Source: Bacillota bacterium
GTDB lineage: Bacteria > Bacillota > Clostridia > Peptostreptococcales > Anaerovoracaceae
Direction of reading: 5' to 3'
DNA length: 33,846 bases
Assembly (NCBI GenBank): GCA_017515765.1
Contig: JAFWFF010000032.1
Coordinates: 1-33,846, forward strand
The notes beneath the pieces were generated by a model that had not been told where the DNA came from, did no database searches, and saw nothing but the letters and a program-made list of their open reading frames with translations. Positions 1-8,899 of this stretch are shown in pieces; position 1 is the first letter of the stretch; each line of letters begins with the position of its first letter. The position numbers and the translations under genes are program-made.

Positions 1-89
1 ACCCCTCGACAACCATTTTCCAATTCAGTATATCCAAGACGTCGGCAAGCCAATCATCTTTAGATATCGTGTTATTCAGTTGTCTAAAG

Positions 90-164
90 TGGAGCTGGCG
101 GAGGGAATCGAACCCCCAACCTGCTGATTACAAATCAGCTGCTCTACCGTTGAGCCACGCCAGC
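90..164 (-). tRNA. tRNA-Thr(UGU)
   Basis: Reverse complement GCTGGCGTGGCTCAACGGTAGAGCAGCTGATTTGTAATCAGCAGGTTGGGGGTTCGATTCCCTCCGCCAGCTCCA folds as a cloverleaf; anticodon TGT, T-loop TTCGA, encoded CCA. Confidence 0.97.
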
Positions 165-174
165 AGGATCAATT

Positions 175-251
175 TGGCGACCTGGAACGGGCTCGAACCG
201 TCGACCTCCAGCGTGACAGGCTGGCATTCTAACCAACTGAACTACCAGGCC
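175..251 (-). tRNA. tRNA-Asp(GUC)
   Basis: Reverse complement GGCCTGGTAGTTCAGTTGGTTAGAATGCCAGCCTGTCACGCTGGAGGTCGACGGTTCGAGCCCGTTCCAGGTCGCCA; anticodon GTC, encoded CCA. Confidence 0.97.
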
Positions 252-301
252 GCAAAATCCAGCGTCTTCGCATGAACAACGCACAGTCGACGCACTAATA
301 G

Positions 302-330
302 ATTGTAGGTCATCAGTTCAGGTTTGTCAA
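302..330 (-). promoter_or_regulatory. sigma-A promoter P2 of tRNA cluster
   Basis: TTGACA (330-325), 17 bp spacer, TACAAT (307-302). Confidence 0.8.
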
Positions 331-387
331 GGACTTTTTCCGGATTTCACTCTGAAAAAAAACCATCTTCTGTGAGTCGGCCTTTTG

Positions 388-416
388 ATTCTATCGCATC
401 GGCCGCGCCTTGTCAA
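388..416 (-). promoter_or_regulatory. sigma-A promoter P1 of tRNA cluster
   Basis: TTGACA (416-411, overlapping the yigZ stop codon), 17 bp spacer, TAGAAT (393-388). Confidence 0.75.
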
Positions 417-1045
417 GGAACCAAAACAACTCTTTCGGTCTCTTTTTCAGGCTCCTGCTCAAAGTCTCCCATCGAGATGTCGCTGATCAGCTTCATGAGG
501 TTCCCGCGCTCCCTGCCGTCGTATACCAGTTCGACCCTGACGCGCTCGGAATACTCCGTTTCACCGAGTTCCGTCCCCGCCGGGAGCACTGCGCGCTTAA
601 GCTTCTCAAAGGCCGGATAGCTGAGCTTTACGGCCGCAGAATATGCCGTTTCGTGATTCGCTGTACCGCACGCGTCCAGGCACTGGGCAGCAGATGAAGT
701 GTACGCGCGCACCAGGCCGCCCGTTCCCAGTTTGATCCCTCCGAAATAGCGGGTCACCACTATGGCGACGTTTGTGATCCCTCTGCCGGTTATCAGCCTC
801 ACTATCGGGGCCCCTGACGTCCCCTGCGGCTCGCCGTCGTCGCTCGCCCACTGGAGCTGCATCTTGTCCCCTATCACGAACGCCGGGACGTTGTGGGTCG
901 CGTCCCTGAACTCTCTCCTGATCTCAGCAAAAAAGGCCTCCGCCTCTTCCCGGCTCGTCACCGGTGAGGCAGAGGTTATGAATCTGGATCTTTCTATAGT
1001 CTGTTCGGTCCTGGCAGCCTTTGCTGCCGTGAGATAATCAGCCAA
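413..1045 (-). CDS. yigZ: YigZ/IMPACT family protein
   Basis: Motifs IERSRF, DATHNV, SDDGEPQGTSG, VVTRYFGGIKLGTGGLVRAY; TTG start directly after the codY stop. Confidence 0.92.
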   Translation of the reverse strand: MADYLTAAKAARTEQTIERSRFITSASPVTSREEAEAFFAEIRREFRDATHNVPAFVIGDKMQLQWASDDGEPQGTSGAPIVRLITGRGITNVAIVVTRYFGGIKLGTGGLVRAYTSSAAQCLDACGTANHETAYSAAVKLSYPAFEKLKRAVLPAGTELGETEYSERVRVELVYDGRERGNLMKLISDISMGDFEQEPEKETERVVLVP

Positions 1046-1825
1046 TCAGATCTCCACCTTGTTTATCTCGTCGCGCAGATATTCGTTCGTGATCTTGATC
1101 CTGGTGCCCTTCATTCCGAGGGATCTGGACTCGATGACGCCCGCGCTCTCGAGCTTCCTGAGGGCGTTTACGATAACGGACCTGGTAATGCCGGACTTGT
1201 CGGCTATCTTGCTTGCGACAAGGAGTCCCTCGTCGTCGTCCAGCTCGCGGAATATCTTGGACACGGCGTTGAGTTCCGAATAGGAAAGCGTCTCGAGAGC
1301 GACGACCACGGCGTTCCTCTGCCTGTTGTCCTCTTCCTCTTCGAGCGATATGCCTCTGGCCACCTCGATGCCCGTGATGGTCGCGCCGTATTCGCAGAGC
1401 GCTATATCTTCGTCGTCATAGGCCTTGTCGGTGCGGGCGGTGAGCAAAGTGGCCACTCTCTTGCCGCCGAACACGACGGGAACGAACATGTGGAATTTAT
1501 CCGCGTAACCGTAGTCCTCCCCGTAGTATTCCTTTATGGCGTCATAGATCAGGTTTTCTTTGGTCTCGGTTATGGCGAGTATCTTGTCGTTGAACTCCTT
1601 CGGCAGGCTGTAGGTGTTGTTGCCGCTGTCGTGCACGAGCGGCGCCTCGTCTCCCTGGACGAACTTGGAAGCAAGGACCTTGCCCCTTTTGTTCATGATA
1701 TATATGTTCGAATCCAGAAGCTCGTACAGGACCGCGCACATTTCCTCAAACGAAACGTATCCGGTAGTACTCTCTGAAAGTACATGGTTCAGTTTTCTTA
1801 CACGCGCAAGAATGCTCTCACTCAT
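1046..1825 (-). CDS. codY: GTP/BCAA-sensing transcriptional repressor CodY
   Basis: C-terminal wHTH LSYSEL...ASKIADKSGITRSVIVNALRKLESAGVIESRSLGMKGT; 259 aa; downstream of hslVU. Confidence 0.97.
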   Translation of the reverse strand: MSESILARVRKLNHVLSESTTGYVSFEEMCAVLYELLDSNIYIMNKRGKVLASKFVQGDEAPLVHDSGNNTYSLPKEFNDKILAITETKENLIYDAIKEYYGEDYGYADKFHMFVPVVFGGKRVATLLTARTDKAYDDEDIALCEYGATITGIEVARGISLEEEEDNRQRNAVVVALETLSYSELNAVSKIFRELDDDEGLLVASKIADKSGITRSVIVNALRKLESAGVIESRSLGMKGTRIKITNEYLRDEINKVEI

Positions 1826-1859
1826 TTCCGCACCTTTCCTTTACAAAACTAAAAAGCCT

Positions 1860-3287
1860 CTACAGGATGTACTTATCCACGTCATCCCTGTCGATGGTAT
1901 CGCTGAACTTCTTCCTCACATACTCGCGGTCTATCGTCAGCGTGCCGCCCTCGGTGTCGGGGATCTCGAAGGATATGTCTTCAAGAAGCTTTTCCATGAT
2001 GGTATACAAACGACGGGCTCCGATATTCTCGGTCTGCTCATTCATAAGATACGCCATTCCCGCGATTTCGTCAATAGCATCGTCAGAAAATTCCAAATTT
2101 ATGTTCTCTGTCGCGAGGAGCGCCTGGTTCTGTTTGATGATGGCGTTCTCGGGTACGGTGAGGATGTTTTTGAAGTCTTCCTTGTCGAGGCTCTTGAGCT
2201 CCACGCGGATCGGAAAACGTCCCTGGAGTTCCGGGATCAGGTCGGTGGGTTTCGCGATATGGAAAGCTCCGGCGCCGATGAAAAGGATGTGATCCGTCTT
2301 CAGCGGCCCGTATTTCGTATTGACTACGCTTCCTTCGACTATCGGGAGGATGTCCCTCTGGACTCCCTCCCTCGACACGTCCGCACCGCTCGTATATGTG
2401 CCTCCGGAAGCGATCTTGTCGATCTCGTCGATAAAGATTATGCCGTTCTGCTCGGCGTTGTGGAGCGCTTCGTCGGTGACCTGGTCCATGTCCAGAAGGT
2501 TCTGTGCCTCCTGTTCGCGGAGGATCTTGCGCGCCTCGGAGACTCTTACTCTCTTCTTCTTGGTGCGTTGCGGAGCCATGTCGCCGAAGATATTGCCTAT
2601 GGCGATGCTCATCCCCTCATTGCTCATATCGAGCTGGTTGCCCTTCGGGACGTCCTTTACGGAGATCTCGATGAACTGCTCCTCCAGAAGCCCTTCCCTG
2701 AGCTGCTGCCTGACCTGTTCGCGGGCCATCTCTATGTCGCTGGTCTGCGAGGGATCCTCTTCTTCCTCATTATTCTGCTGCTGGGGCTGCAGCGGGAAGC
2801 CGTTCATGAGCACGGCAAAAGGATTGCCGCTGTTGTTGTTCTGCGGTTTTGCCTTTTTCCTTCCCGGGATGATCGCGGCGATGATCTTCTCTTCTGCGAG
2901 CTTGTCGGCGATGTCGTATTTCTCCTTGAGCTTTGCCTGCTTGGTGGTCCTGAGGGAAGCTTCCATCAGGTCTCTCACCATGGAATCGACGTCTCTTCCG
3001 ACGTAGCCTACCTCGGTGAATTTGGTCGCCTCGACCTTAACAAAGGGGGCGTCCATAAGTTTGGCGAGACGCCTCGCTATCTCGGTCTTTCCGCAGCCGG
3101 TCGGCCCCATCATCAGTATGTTCTTGGGGGTTATCTCCTCCCTCATCTCTTCGGAAAGGAGGGATCTCCTGTATCTGTTCCTCAGCGCTATCGCCACGGA
3201 TTTCTTGGCCTCTTCCTGGCCGATGATGTATTTGTCGAGCTCCGCTACTATCTCTTTCGGAGTCATCTGCTGTATTCCGCCAGCCAT
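1860..3287 (-). CDS. hslU: ATP-dependent protease ATPase subunit HslU (ClpY)
   Basis: MTPKEIVAELDKYIIGQ, GPTGCGKTEIARRLA, KVEATKFTEVGYVG, FIDEIDKI, PELQGRFP; start placed at ATG 3287 after the GAGGTG SD (the ORF track extends to 3314). Confidence 0.96.
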   Translation of the reverse strand: MAGGIQQMTPKEIVAELDKYIIGQEEAKKSVAIALRNRYRRSLLSEEMREEITPKNILMMGPTGCGKTEIARRLAKLMDAPFVKVEATKFTEVGYVGRDVDSMVRDLMEASLRTTKQAKLKEKYDIADKLAEEKIIAAIIPGRKKAKPQNNNSGNPFAVLMNGFPLQPQQQNNEEEEDPSQTSDIEMAREQVRQQLREGLLEEQFIEISVKDVPKGNQLDMSNEGMSIAIGNIFGDMAPQRTKKKRVRVSEARKILREQEAQNLLDMDQVTDEALHNAEQNGIIFIDEIDKIASGGTYTSGADVSREGVQRDILPIVEGSVVNTKYGPLKTDHILFIGAGAFHIAKPTDLIPELQGRFPIRVELKSLDKEDFKNILTVPENAIIKQNQALLATENINLEFSDDAIDEIAGMAYLMNEQTENIGARRLYTIMEKLLEDISFEIPDTEGGTLTIDREYVRKKFSDTIDRDDVDKYIL

Positions 3288-3310
3288 ATCGTCACCTCTT
3301 TCCGCTTTGA

Positions 3311-3850
3311 TCAAAGCTTCTCAACGGTAATCCTGTCATTGGTGTAGACGCAGATAGATGAAGCGATCTTCAGCGCCTCGCGCACGATCTCCTCTGCGTT
3401 CATATCGGTGTGATTGTAGAGCGCGTTCGCCGCGGCGTAGGCAAAATTGCCGCCGGAGCCGATCGCTACGAAATCCTGGTCCGGAGCTATGACTTCGCCG
3501 GTCCCGGATATCAGGAGCATGTCCTCGCTGTCCACCACTATCATCAGGGCTTCGAGGTTGCGCATCCCGCGGTCGGAACGCCACATCTGAGCCAGGTCGA
3601 CAGCCGCCCTTTTCAGGTTTCCGCCGTGCTCGTCAAGCTTCTTCTCGAATTTCTCCGTCAGGGAAAAAGCGTCCGCCACCGATCCGGCAAATCCGGTCAG
3701 GATCTTGCCGCCGTAGATCTTCTTGACTTTTTTGGCGCCGTTCTTCATTATAGCGGTCTCGCCCATGGTGACCTGGCCGTCACCCCCGATGGCCACGTCA
3801 TCCGGGCCTCTTCTGACCGCGCATATTGTAGTCGCGTGAAACTTGTCCAT
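3311..3850 (-). CDS. hslV: ATP-dependent protease peptidase subunit HslV (ClpQ)
   Basis: ATTI N-terminus after a short propeptide, [26 protein letters not shown]. Confidence 0.96.
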   Translation of the reverse strand: MDKFHATTICAVRRGPDDVAIGGDGQVTMGETAIMKNGAKKVKKIYGGKILTGFAGSVADAFSLTEKFEKKLDEHGGNLKRAAVDLAQMWRSDRGMRNLEALMIVVDSEDMLLISGTGEVIAPDQDFVAIGSGGNFAYAAANALYNHTDMNAEEIVREALKIASSICVYTNDRITVEKL

Positions 3851-3863
3851 TCCGTCCTCCGTT

Positions 3864-5951
3864 CTATTCAGTGTAATTGCATTCCTCGTTGGAGCAGGCG
3901 TACTCGTGGTTTTTGGTCTTCTTCTCTACCAGGAGGCTTCCGCACTTCGGGCATTTCTTGTCGACCGGCTTGTTCCAGTAGACCTCGCGGCATTTCGGAT
4001 AGCCGCTGCACCCGTAGAAAAGGCGGCCCTTCTTGCTGCGCCTCGCGACTATGTCCTTGCCGCATTTCGGGCATTTCACACCGGTCTTCTGGACTATCGG
4101 CCTGGTGTTCCTGCATTCCGGATATCCGCTGCAGGCGATGAACTCCCCGAAGCGCCCGGTCTTTATGACCATCGGCTTTCCGCAAATCTCGCAGAACTCG
4201 CCGGTGGGCTTGTCCTCGAGCCTCACCCTGCCCACGTTTCCGTCCGCGGCCTTCAGTTCTTCACTGAAGGGCCCGTAGAAGTCTCTCACGACTTCCTTCC
4301 AGTCGCGGTCGTGCACTTCCACGTCGTCGAGCTTGTCCTCCATGCCGGCGGTGAAGTTCACGTCGACTATGTCCTTGAAGTTTTCCTCCATGAGCTCGTT
4401 GACCACTTCACCGAGCTCGGTGGGTTTAAGGGCGCGCTTCTCGCGGCTCACGTATTTCCTCTCGGAGAGGGTGCTGACGATCGGCGCGTAGGTGCTCGGC
4501 CTTCCGATATTCTTCTCTTCAAGCTCCCTTACGAGGCTCGCTTCCGTATACCTTGCGGGCGGCTGGGTGAAAGCCTGCTCTCCCGTTACGCTCTCGGCCT
4601 TGAGAGTCTCGCCCGGCACCAGTTCCGGAAGGATCTTGTCGTCCTCATCGTTAAATGGTTTATACACTTTTCTGAATCCGTCAAACAGAGTCTCTGCCCC
4701 GTTGGCGCGGAAGCCGTAGTCTCCGTTCTCGATCAAAGCCTGGCGGTTGTTGAATCTCGCGGCAGCCATCTGGCTCGCGACGAACCTGGACCAGATGAGC
4801 GCGTAGAGCTTGTACTGGTCGGAAGTGAGCGAAGCCTTTGCTTCCTCCGGGGTTATGGTGACGTCGGCAGGCCTTATAGCCTCGTGGGCGTCCTGGATGT
4901 CTTTCTTCTTGTTGGCGTATACGTTGTTCGCGGTATATGCGGGTCCGTAATTCGCGCCTATGAAGTCCTTTGCCGCGGATCTCGCGACGTCTGAGACTCT
5001 GACAGAGTCGGTACGGAGATAGGTTATGAGACCGGTGGAGCCCCTGCCCTTGACATCCACTCCTTCATAGAGCTGCTGCGCGATCATCATTGTGCGGCGG
5101 GTGTTGAAGTTCAGGCGGTTGCCTGCTTCCTGCTGGAGGCTGCTCGTGGTGAACGGCGGGAAAGGCTTCACTATCCTCTCCTTCTCTTTGACGTCGGATA
5201 CGACAAAGCCGCCCTTTCCGAGCTCGGCGATGATCCTGTCGTTTTCTTCTTTGGTGGAGACGGTGAGCTTCTCGCCCTTGTACTCCGTGAGCTTCGCCTG
5301 GAATTTGCGGCCCTTCCTGAAGGTCGCCGTTATGGTCCAGTACTCCTTGGGATCAAAAGCCCTGATCTCCTTCTCCCTGTCGCAGATTATCTTGAGGGCG
5401 GCGGACTGTACGCGTCCGGCGGAAAGGCCCTTCCTGATCTTTCTCCAGAGGAGCGGGCTGATCTGGTATCCGACCAGCCTGTCGAGCACTCTCCTCGCCT
5501 GCTGTGCGTCCACGAGGCCAAGATCGATCGCTCTGGGCTTTTTCATGGCCTCTTTGACCGTATTCTTGGTGATCTCGTTAAACTCGACTCTGCATGGCGA
5601 TTTCGGGTCCAGCCCGAGAAGGTAGGCAAGATGCCAGCTGATGGCTTCTCCTTCACGGTCAGGGTCGGTCGCCAGATATATCTTCGACGCCTTCGCGGCC
5701 TCCTTCTTCAGGTCTTTGATCAGGTCTCCCTTTCCGCGGATGGGGATGTACTGCGGCTCAAAATCCTTCTCTATGTCTATTCCCAGCTTGCTCTTCGGGA
5801 GATCCCTTATATGTCCTACCGAAGCCACGACCTTGTATCTCGAACCGAGATACTTGCCTATGGTCCTCGCTTTGGAAGGAGACTCAACTATGACAAGCGT
5901 CTTGTTGTCTCCAGATGTGCTTTTTCCGGCTTTGGTGCTTGTAGTGCTCAT
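3864..5951 (-). CDS. topA: DNA topoisomerase I
   Basis: Toprim IVESPSKA and [18 protein letters not shown], catalytic ITYLRTDS, C-terminal C4 zinc ribbons. Confidence 0.97.
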   Translation of the reverse strand: MSTTSTKAGKSTSGDNKTLVIVESPSKARTIGKYLGSRYKVVASVGHIRDLPKSKLGIDIEKDFEPQYIPIRGKGDLIKDLKKEAAKASKIYLATDPDREGEAISWHLAYLLGLDPKSPCRVEFNEITKNTVKEAMKKPRAIDLGLVDAQQARRVLDRLVGYQISPLLWRKIRKGLSAGRVQSAALKIICDREKEIRAFDPKEYWTITATFRKGRKFQAKLTEYKGEKLTVSTKEENDRIIAELGKGGFVVSDVKEKERIVKPFPPFTTSSLQQEAGNRLNFNTRRTMMIAQQLYEGVDVKGRGSTGLITYLRTDSVRVSDVARSAAKDFIGANYGPAYTANNVYANKKKDIQDAHEAIRPADVTITPEEAKASLTSDQYKLYALIWSRFVASQMAAARFNNRQALIENGDYGFRANGAETLFDGFRKVYKPFNDEDDKILPELVPGETLKAESVTGEQAFTQPPARYTEASLVRELEEKNIGRPSTYAPIVSTLSERKYVSREKRALKPTELGEVVNELMEENFKDIVDVNFTAGMEDKLDDVEVHDRDWKEVVRDFYGPFSEELKAADGNVGRVRLEDKPTGEFCEICGKPMVIKTGRFGEFIACSGYPECRNTRPIVQKTGVKCPKCGKDIVARRSKKGRLFYGCSGYPKCREVYWNKPVDKKCPKCGSLLVEKKTKNHEYACSNEECNYTE

Positions 5952-6042
5952 TTTCCCTCCGAATGTCCGTTCCGGCGCTCTGCCGGAAGAATCTTCATTC
6001 TAATATTTATGCGTTTTTTGCGAAACGCGCTTACGGTTGTTT

Positions 6043-6071
6043 ATTCTATATTCATAGTAGGGATTTTGCAA
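6043..6071 (-). promoter_or_regulatory. putative sigma-A promoter of topA-hslVU-codY
   Basis: TTGCAA (6071-6066), 17 bp spacer, TAGAAT (6048-6043), in AT-rich DNA overlapping the dprA 3' end. Confidence 0.55.
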
Positions 6072-6918
6072 CGATAATTTTACCGAGCTCGCAATATACC
6101 ATGCCTTTCATCTCCAGAACGGATACGAGCCCGGCGATCTCCGCGGCGCTCATGCCTGCCCTGCGCCTCAGCGATTCCACCGATATCTCCCCTGACTCCC
6201 TCGCTATCTCAAAAAGCCTCCGCTCATCCTCTCCAAGCCTTGATATCCCGGCATTCCTGCGCGTCCCGGCCACATCGATCCCGAGGTCCTGGAACACGTC
6301 GTCCAGGATCACCAGAGGCCTCGCGGCATCCCTTAGCAGTTTGTTCGTGCCCATGCTCATGGTGCTCGTGATATTTCCCGGCACAGCGTATACTTCCTTC
6401 CCCATCTCCATGGCTGCTTCGGCGGTGATCAGGCTCCCGCTCCTCGTTTCCGCTTCCACTACTATGACCGCGTCCGCAAGTGCAGCGATGAGGCGGTTCC
6501 GCTCGGGGAAGCGGTATGGAGCCGCAGGCGTTCCCGGCCCGTACTCGGTGATCAAAAGGCCTCCGGAAGCGATCTCATCCTGTATCTTCCGGTTCTCTCG
6601 CGGATAGACCGTGTCTATCCCGTTCCCAAGAACGGCTATGGTCTTCCCTCCGGCCTCCAGAGCGCCGCGGTGCGCCGCCGAATCTATCCCCCGGGCAAGC
6701 CCGCTTATGACGATGACCCCGAGCTGTGCCGCCCTGGCGCCCAGTTCCTTCGCGACAGCTATGCCGTAGCCGGTCGCCTTCCTGCTTCCGACCACCGCAA
6801 TGCCCGTCTTCTCCGCAAGCCCGGGATCGCCCGCGTAATAGATCCCCTTGGGATCCGAAAGATGCTCTGCAAGTTTACCCGGATATCCCGGATCCAAAAC
6901 ACTTAGATATCCCTGCAT
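6052..6918 (-). CDS. dprA: DNA-processing protein DprA
   Basis: AVVGSR, ISGLARGIDSAAH, FPERNRLIAAL, VVEA..RSGSLITA, AVPG, C-terminal winged helix; probable start ATG 6918 just after the comM stop. Confidence 0.93.
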   Translation of the reverse strand: MQGYLSVLDPGYPGKLAEHLSDPKGIYYAGDPGLAEKTGIAVVGSRKATGYGIAVAKELGARAAQLGVIVISGLARGIDSAAHRGALEAGGKTIAVLGNGIDTVYPRENRKIQDEIASGGLLITEYGPGTPAAPYRFPERNRLIAALADAVIVVEAETRSGSLITAEAAMEMGKEVYAVPGNITSTMSMGTNKLLRDAARPLVILDDVFQDLGIDVAGTRRNAGISRLGEDERRLFEIARESGEISVESLRRRAGMSAAEIAGLVSVLEMKGMVYCELGKIIVAKSLL

Positions 6919-6919
6919 C

Positions 6920-8434
6920 TCAGATCCCCCTTTCCCTGTAAAGAAGCGCTTCATTCACATGCTTCGTCCCGACGCTTCCGCATTCTTCAAGGTCAGCGAT
7001 CGTCCGCGCGAGCCTTTTGATCTTCACCAGAGCCCTCGGCGAGAGGTCCAGCCTGTCGTAAGCCGTCCGGAGCAGATCCGTGACTTCCCTGTCCATTCCG
7101 CAGTATTTCGCCGCCAGATGCCCCGGAAGAAGGCTATTCAGCCCGAAAGGCTCCCCGGAGTACCTTCTCGCCTGTATTTTCCGGGCTTTTTCGACCATCA
7201 AACGCATCTCTTCGGTATTCATGCAGCTGCCGTCCCCGTCTTCCATCTCGCTGAATGCAGGCGCGGTCAGGTTGACGTGAATATCTATCCTGTCACCTAT
7301 CGGGCCGGATATCCTGCTCCTGTATCTGGCCAGTTCGGCGGCCGTGCAAGTGCACTCGTGCCTGGGATCGCCGTAGTAGCCGCATTTGCAGGGGTTGCTC
7401 GCAGCCGCGAAGGTTATGTCCGCGGGATAAACGTACGTCCGGCCCTTCCTCACGAGTCTGACTTTTCTCTCCTCCAGAGGCATCCGGAGTCCCTCTATCA
7501 CTCTCCTGTCCCTCTCCCTGAACTCATCCATGAAAAGAACGCCTCTGTGCGCGAGAGTCACTTCCCCGGGCATGGGCGGCGCGCCGTTCCCAAGAAGCCC
7601 CGGAAGTGTCAGGTTGACTCCCGGCGCCCTGAACGGCCTCTCCGAAAAGCCTCCGCGAAGGCGTTCCCTGTCGCCCGCCACTGAATATATCGAGGCGATC
7701 TCCAGCAATTCTTCCTCGGACGGCTTGGGGAGTATCCCGGGCATCCTTTCCGCGAGCATGGTCTTTCCGGTGCCGGGGCTACCTGTAAGCAGTATCCCGT
7801 GGCCTCCGGCAGCCGCTATCATGACCGCCCTCTTTGCCTGCTCCTGGCCTTTGATCTCGCTGTAGTCCGGATACGTCCTTCTGCCCGGTCCCCCTGCCCC
7901 GCAGTCCTCTGTGAGCCCGTTTTCCTTAAGGTTCAGCCAGTCCATGACGTCCGAGAGCGTCGAAGCGCCAAGTATGCGTATGCCGCCCGCAAGGCTCGCT
8001 TCCCTGAGATCATCCGCCGGGACGACCGCGCGTCCGACCCCCGCCGCTGCCAGGGCAAGCACCATCGGAAGCACACCCCTGCAGCTCCTCACCGTCCCGT
8101 CAAGCGACAGTTCTCCGATAAACGCGGTGTCCTCTATCTCCCGGTCAAAGACCGCTTTCGCGGCAGAGAGCGCGCATACCGCCATCGCGAGATCAAAGTG
8201 AGTACCTGACTTATGCAGCCACGCGGGAGACAGATTAAGGGTCAGATGGCCGTCGGGATATTTCGCTCCGGACGAAGATATCGCCGCGCGTATCCGGGCC
8301 ACGGCTTCTTTGACCGAAGTGTCGCCCAGGCCCACCACAGTGGTTCCCGGCAGGCCGCGAGACTCATACGCCTCCACCGTTACCGGGAGCGCCTCTATAC
8401 CGTCAAGCGCGGCAGTTATGACCTTCGCAAGCAT
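6920..8434 (-). CDS. comM: YifB/ComM Mg-chelatase-like AAA+ ATPase (transformation helicase family)
   Basis: N-terminal Lon-like NLSPA..K.G..FDL, Walker A GSPGTGKT, Walker B LFMDE, NPCKCG, ISGPIGDRID, ARTIADL; true start MLAKV at 8434 overlaps the yraN stop. Confidence 0.92.
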   Translation of the reverse strand: MLAKVITAALDGIEALPVTVEAYESRGLPGTTVVGLGDTSVKEAVARIRAAISSSGAKYPDGHLTLNLSPAWLHKSGTHFDLAMAVCALSAAKAVFDREIEDTAFIGELSLDGTVRSCRGVLPMVLALAAAGVGRAVVPADDLREASLAGGIRILGASTLSDVMDWLNLKENGLTEDCGAGGPGRRTYPDYSEIKGQEQAKRAVMIAAAGGHGILLTGSPGTGKTMLAERMPGILPKPSEEELLEIASIYSVAGDRERLRGGFSERPFRAPGVNLTLPGLLGNGAPPMPGEVTLAHRGVLFMDEFRERDRRVIEGLRMPLEERKVRLVRKGRTYVYPADITFAAASNPCKCGYYGDPRHECTCTAAELARYRSRISGPIGDRIDIHVNLTAPAFSEMEDGDGSCMNTEEMRLMVEKARKIQARRYSGEPFGLNSLLPGHLAAKYCGMDREVTDLLRTAYDRLDLSPRALVKIKRLARTIADLEECGSVGTKHVNEALLYRERGI

Positions 8435-8763
8435 CAGAACACCCCCTTCAGGTGTTCGCACGTCACCGACACCACATCGAAAGAGAATCTGTTCTCCTTC
8501 GGATGCTCCGCGTTTATATACCAGACCGCTGCCCTCCTCATATGCAGCTGTTTCCTTCCGTCCACAGCCTCTTCGGGAAGCCCGCATCTCCGCGAAGACC
8601 TGGTCTTCACCTCCACAAAATGCATCGTGGACCCGTCGGTGCAAATGATGTCTATCTCCCCTGCCGGACATCTGAATCCACGTTCCAGGATCTCATATCC
8701 CTTCTCACTGATCAAAGTTTCCGCAAGATCCTCGCCTGCCCTTCCCAATACCCAATTGTTCAT
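8434..8763 (-). CDS. yraN: YraN family (UPF0102) putative nuclease
   Basis: G..GED.A, GEIDII, FVEVKTR PD-(D/E)xK motif, SFDVV; SD AAGGAGG. Confidence 0.92.
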   Translation of the reverse strand: MNNWVLGRAGEDLAETLISEKGYEILERGFRCPAGEIDIICTDGSTMHFVEVKTRSSRRCGLPEEAVDGRKQLHMRRAAVWYINAEHPKENRFSFDVVSVTCEHLKGVF

Positions 8764-8806
8764 CGTTTATCCTCCTTATGGGCTAATTGCCATTATTTTA
8801 CATTTG

Positions 8807-8836
8807 ATTGTATCATCCGCGCCTGCCGATTGTCAA
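8807..8836 (-). promoter_or_regulatory. putative sigma-A promoter of yraN-comM-dprA
   Basis: TTGACA (8836-8831), 18 bp spacer, extended -10 TGaTACAAT (hexamer 8812-8807). Confidence 0.6.
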
Positions 8837-8856
8837 ATTTTCCCATTCAGAGCAAT

Positions 8857-8885
8857 AAAAAAACAGCGCCCCTCCGGGAGCGCTG
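8857..8885 (-). terminator. Rho-independent terminator after the Cof hydrolase gene
   Basis: CAGCGCTCC-cgga-GGGGCGCTG followed by T7 on the minus strand. Confidence 0.8.
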
Positions 8886-8899
8886 CAAATCGGTTTTAT

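Noticed and set aside
58-89. Inverted repeat CTTTAGA…TCTAAAG downstream of tRNA-Thr
   Set aside because: AT-rich 7-bp stem with a large loop and no U-tract; not a convincing terminator
69-275. 68-aa ORF, and the 61-99 aa ORFs around 25222-25549
   Set aside because: They overlap tRNA genes (or tldD); typical spurious translations
1614-3347. 577-aa plus-strand ORF, and similar long ones at 3843-4994, 8213-9772, 10218-11750, 18045-19199, 20470-21477 and 31341-32558
   Set aside because: Antisense shadows of well-conserved minus-strand genes; expected from GC-rich codon bias; no recognisable motifs or RBS
8435-8671. 79-aa N-terminal extension of ComM in the ORF track
   Set aside because: Overlaps yraN in another frame; the family N-terminus MLAKV begins at 8434
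8835-8850. CodY box upstream of yraN (AATTTTCCCATTCAG)
   Set aside because: Only the left half matches AATTTTCWGAAAATT
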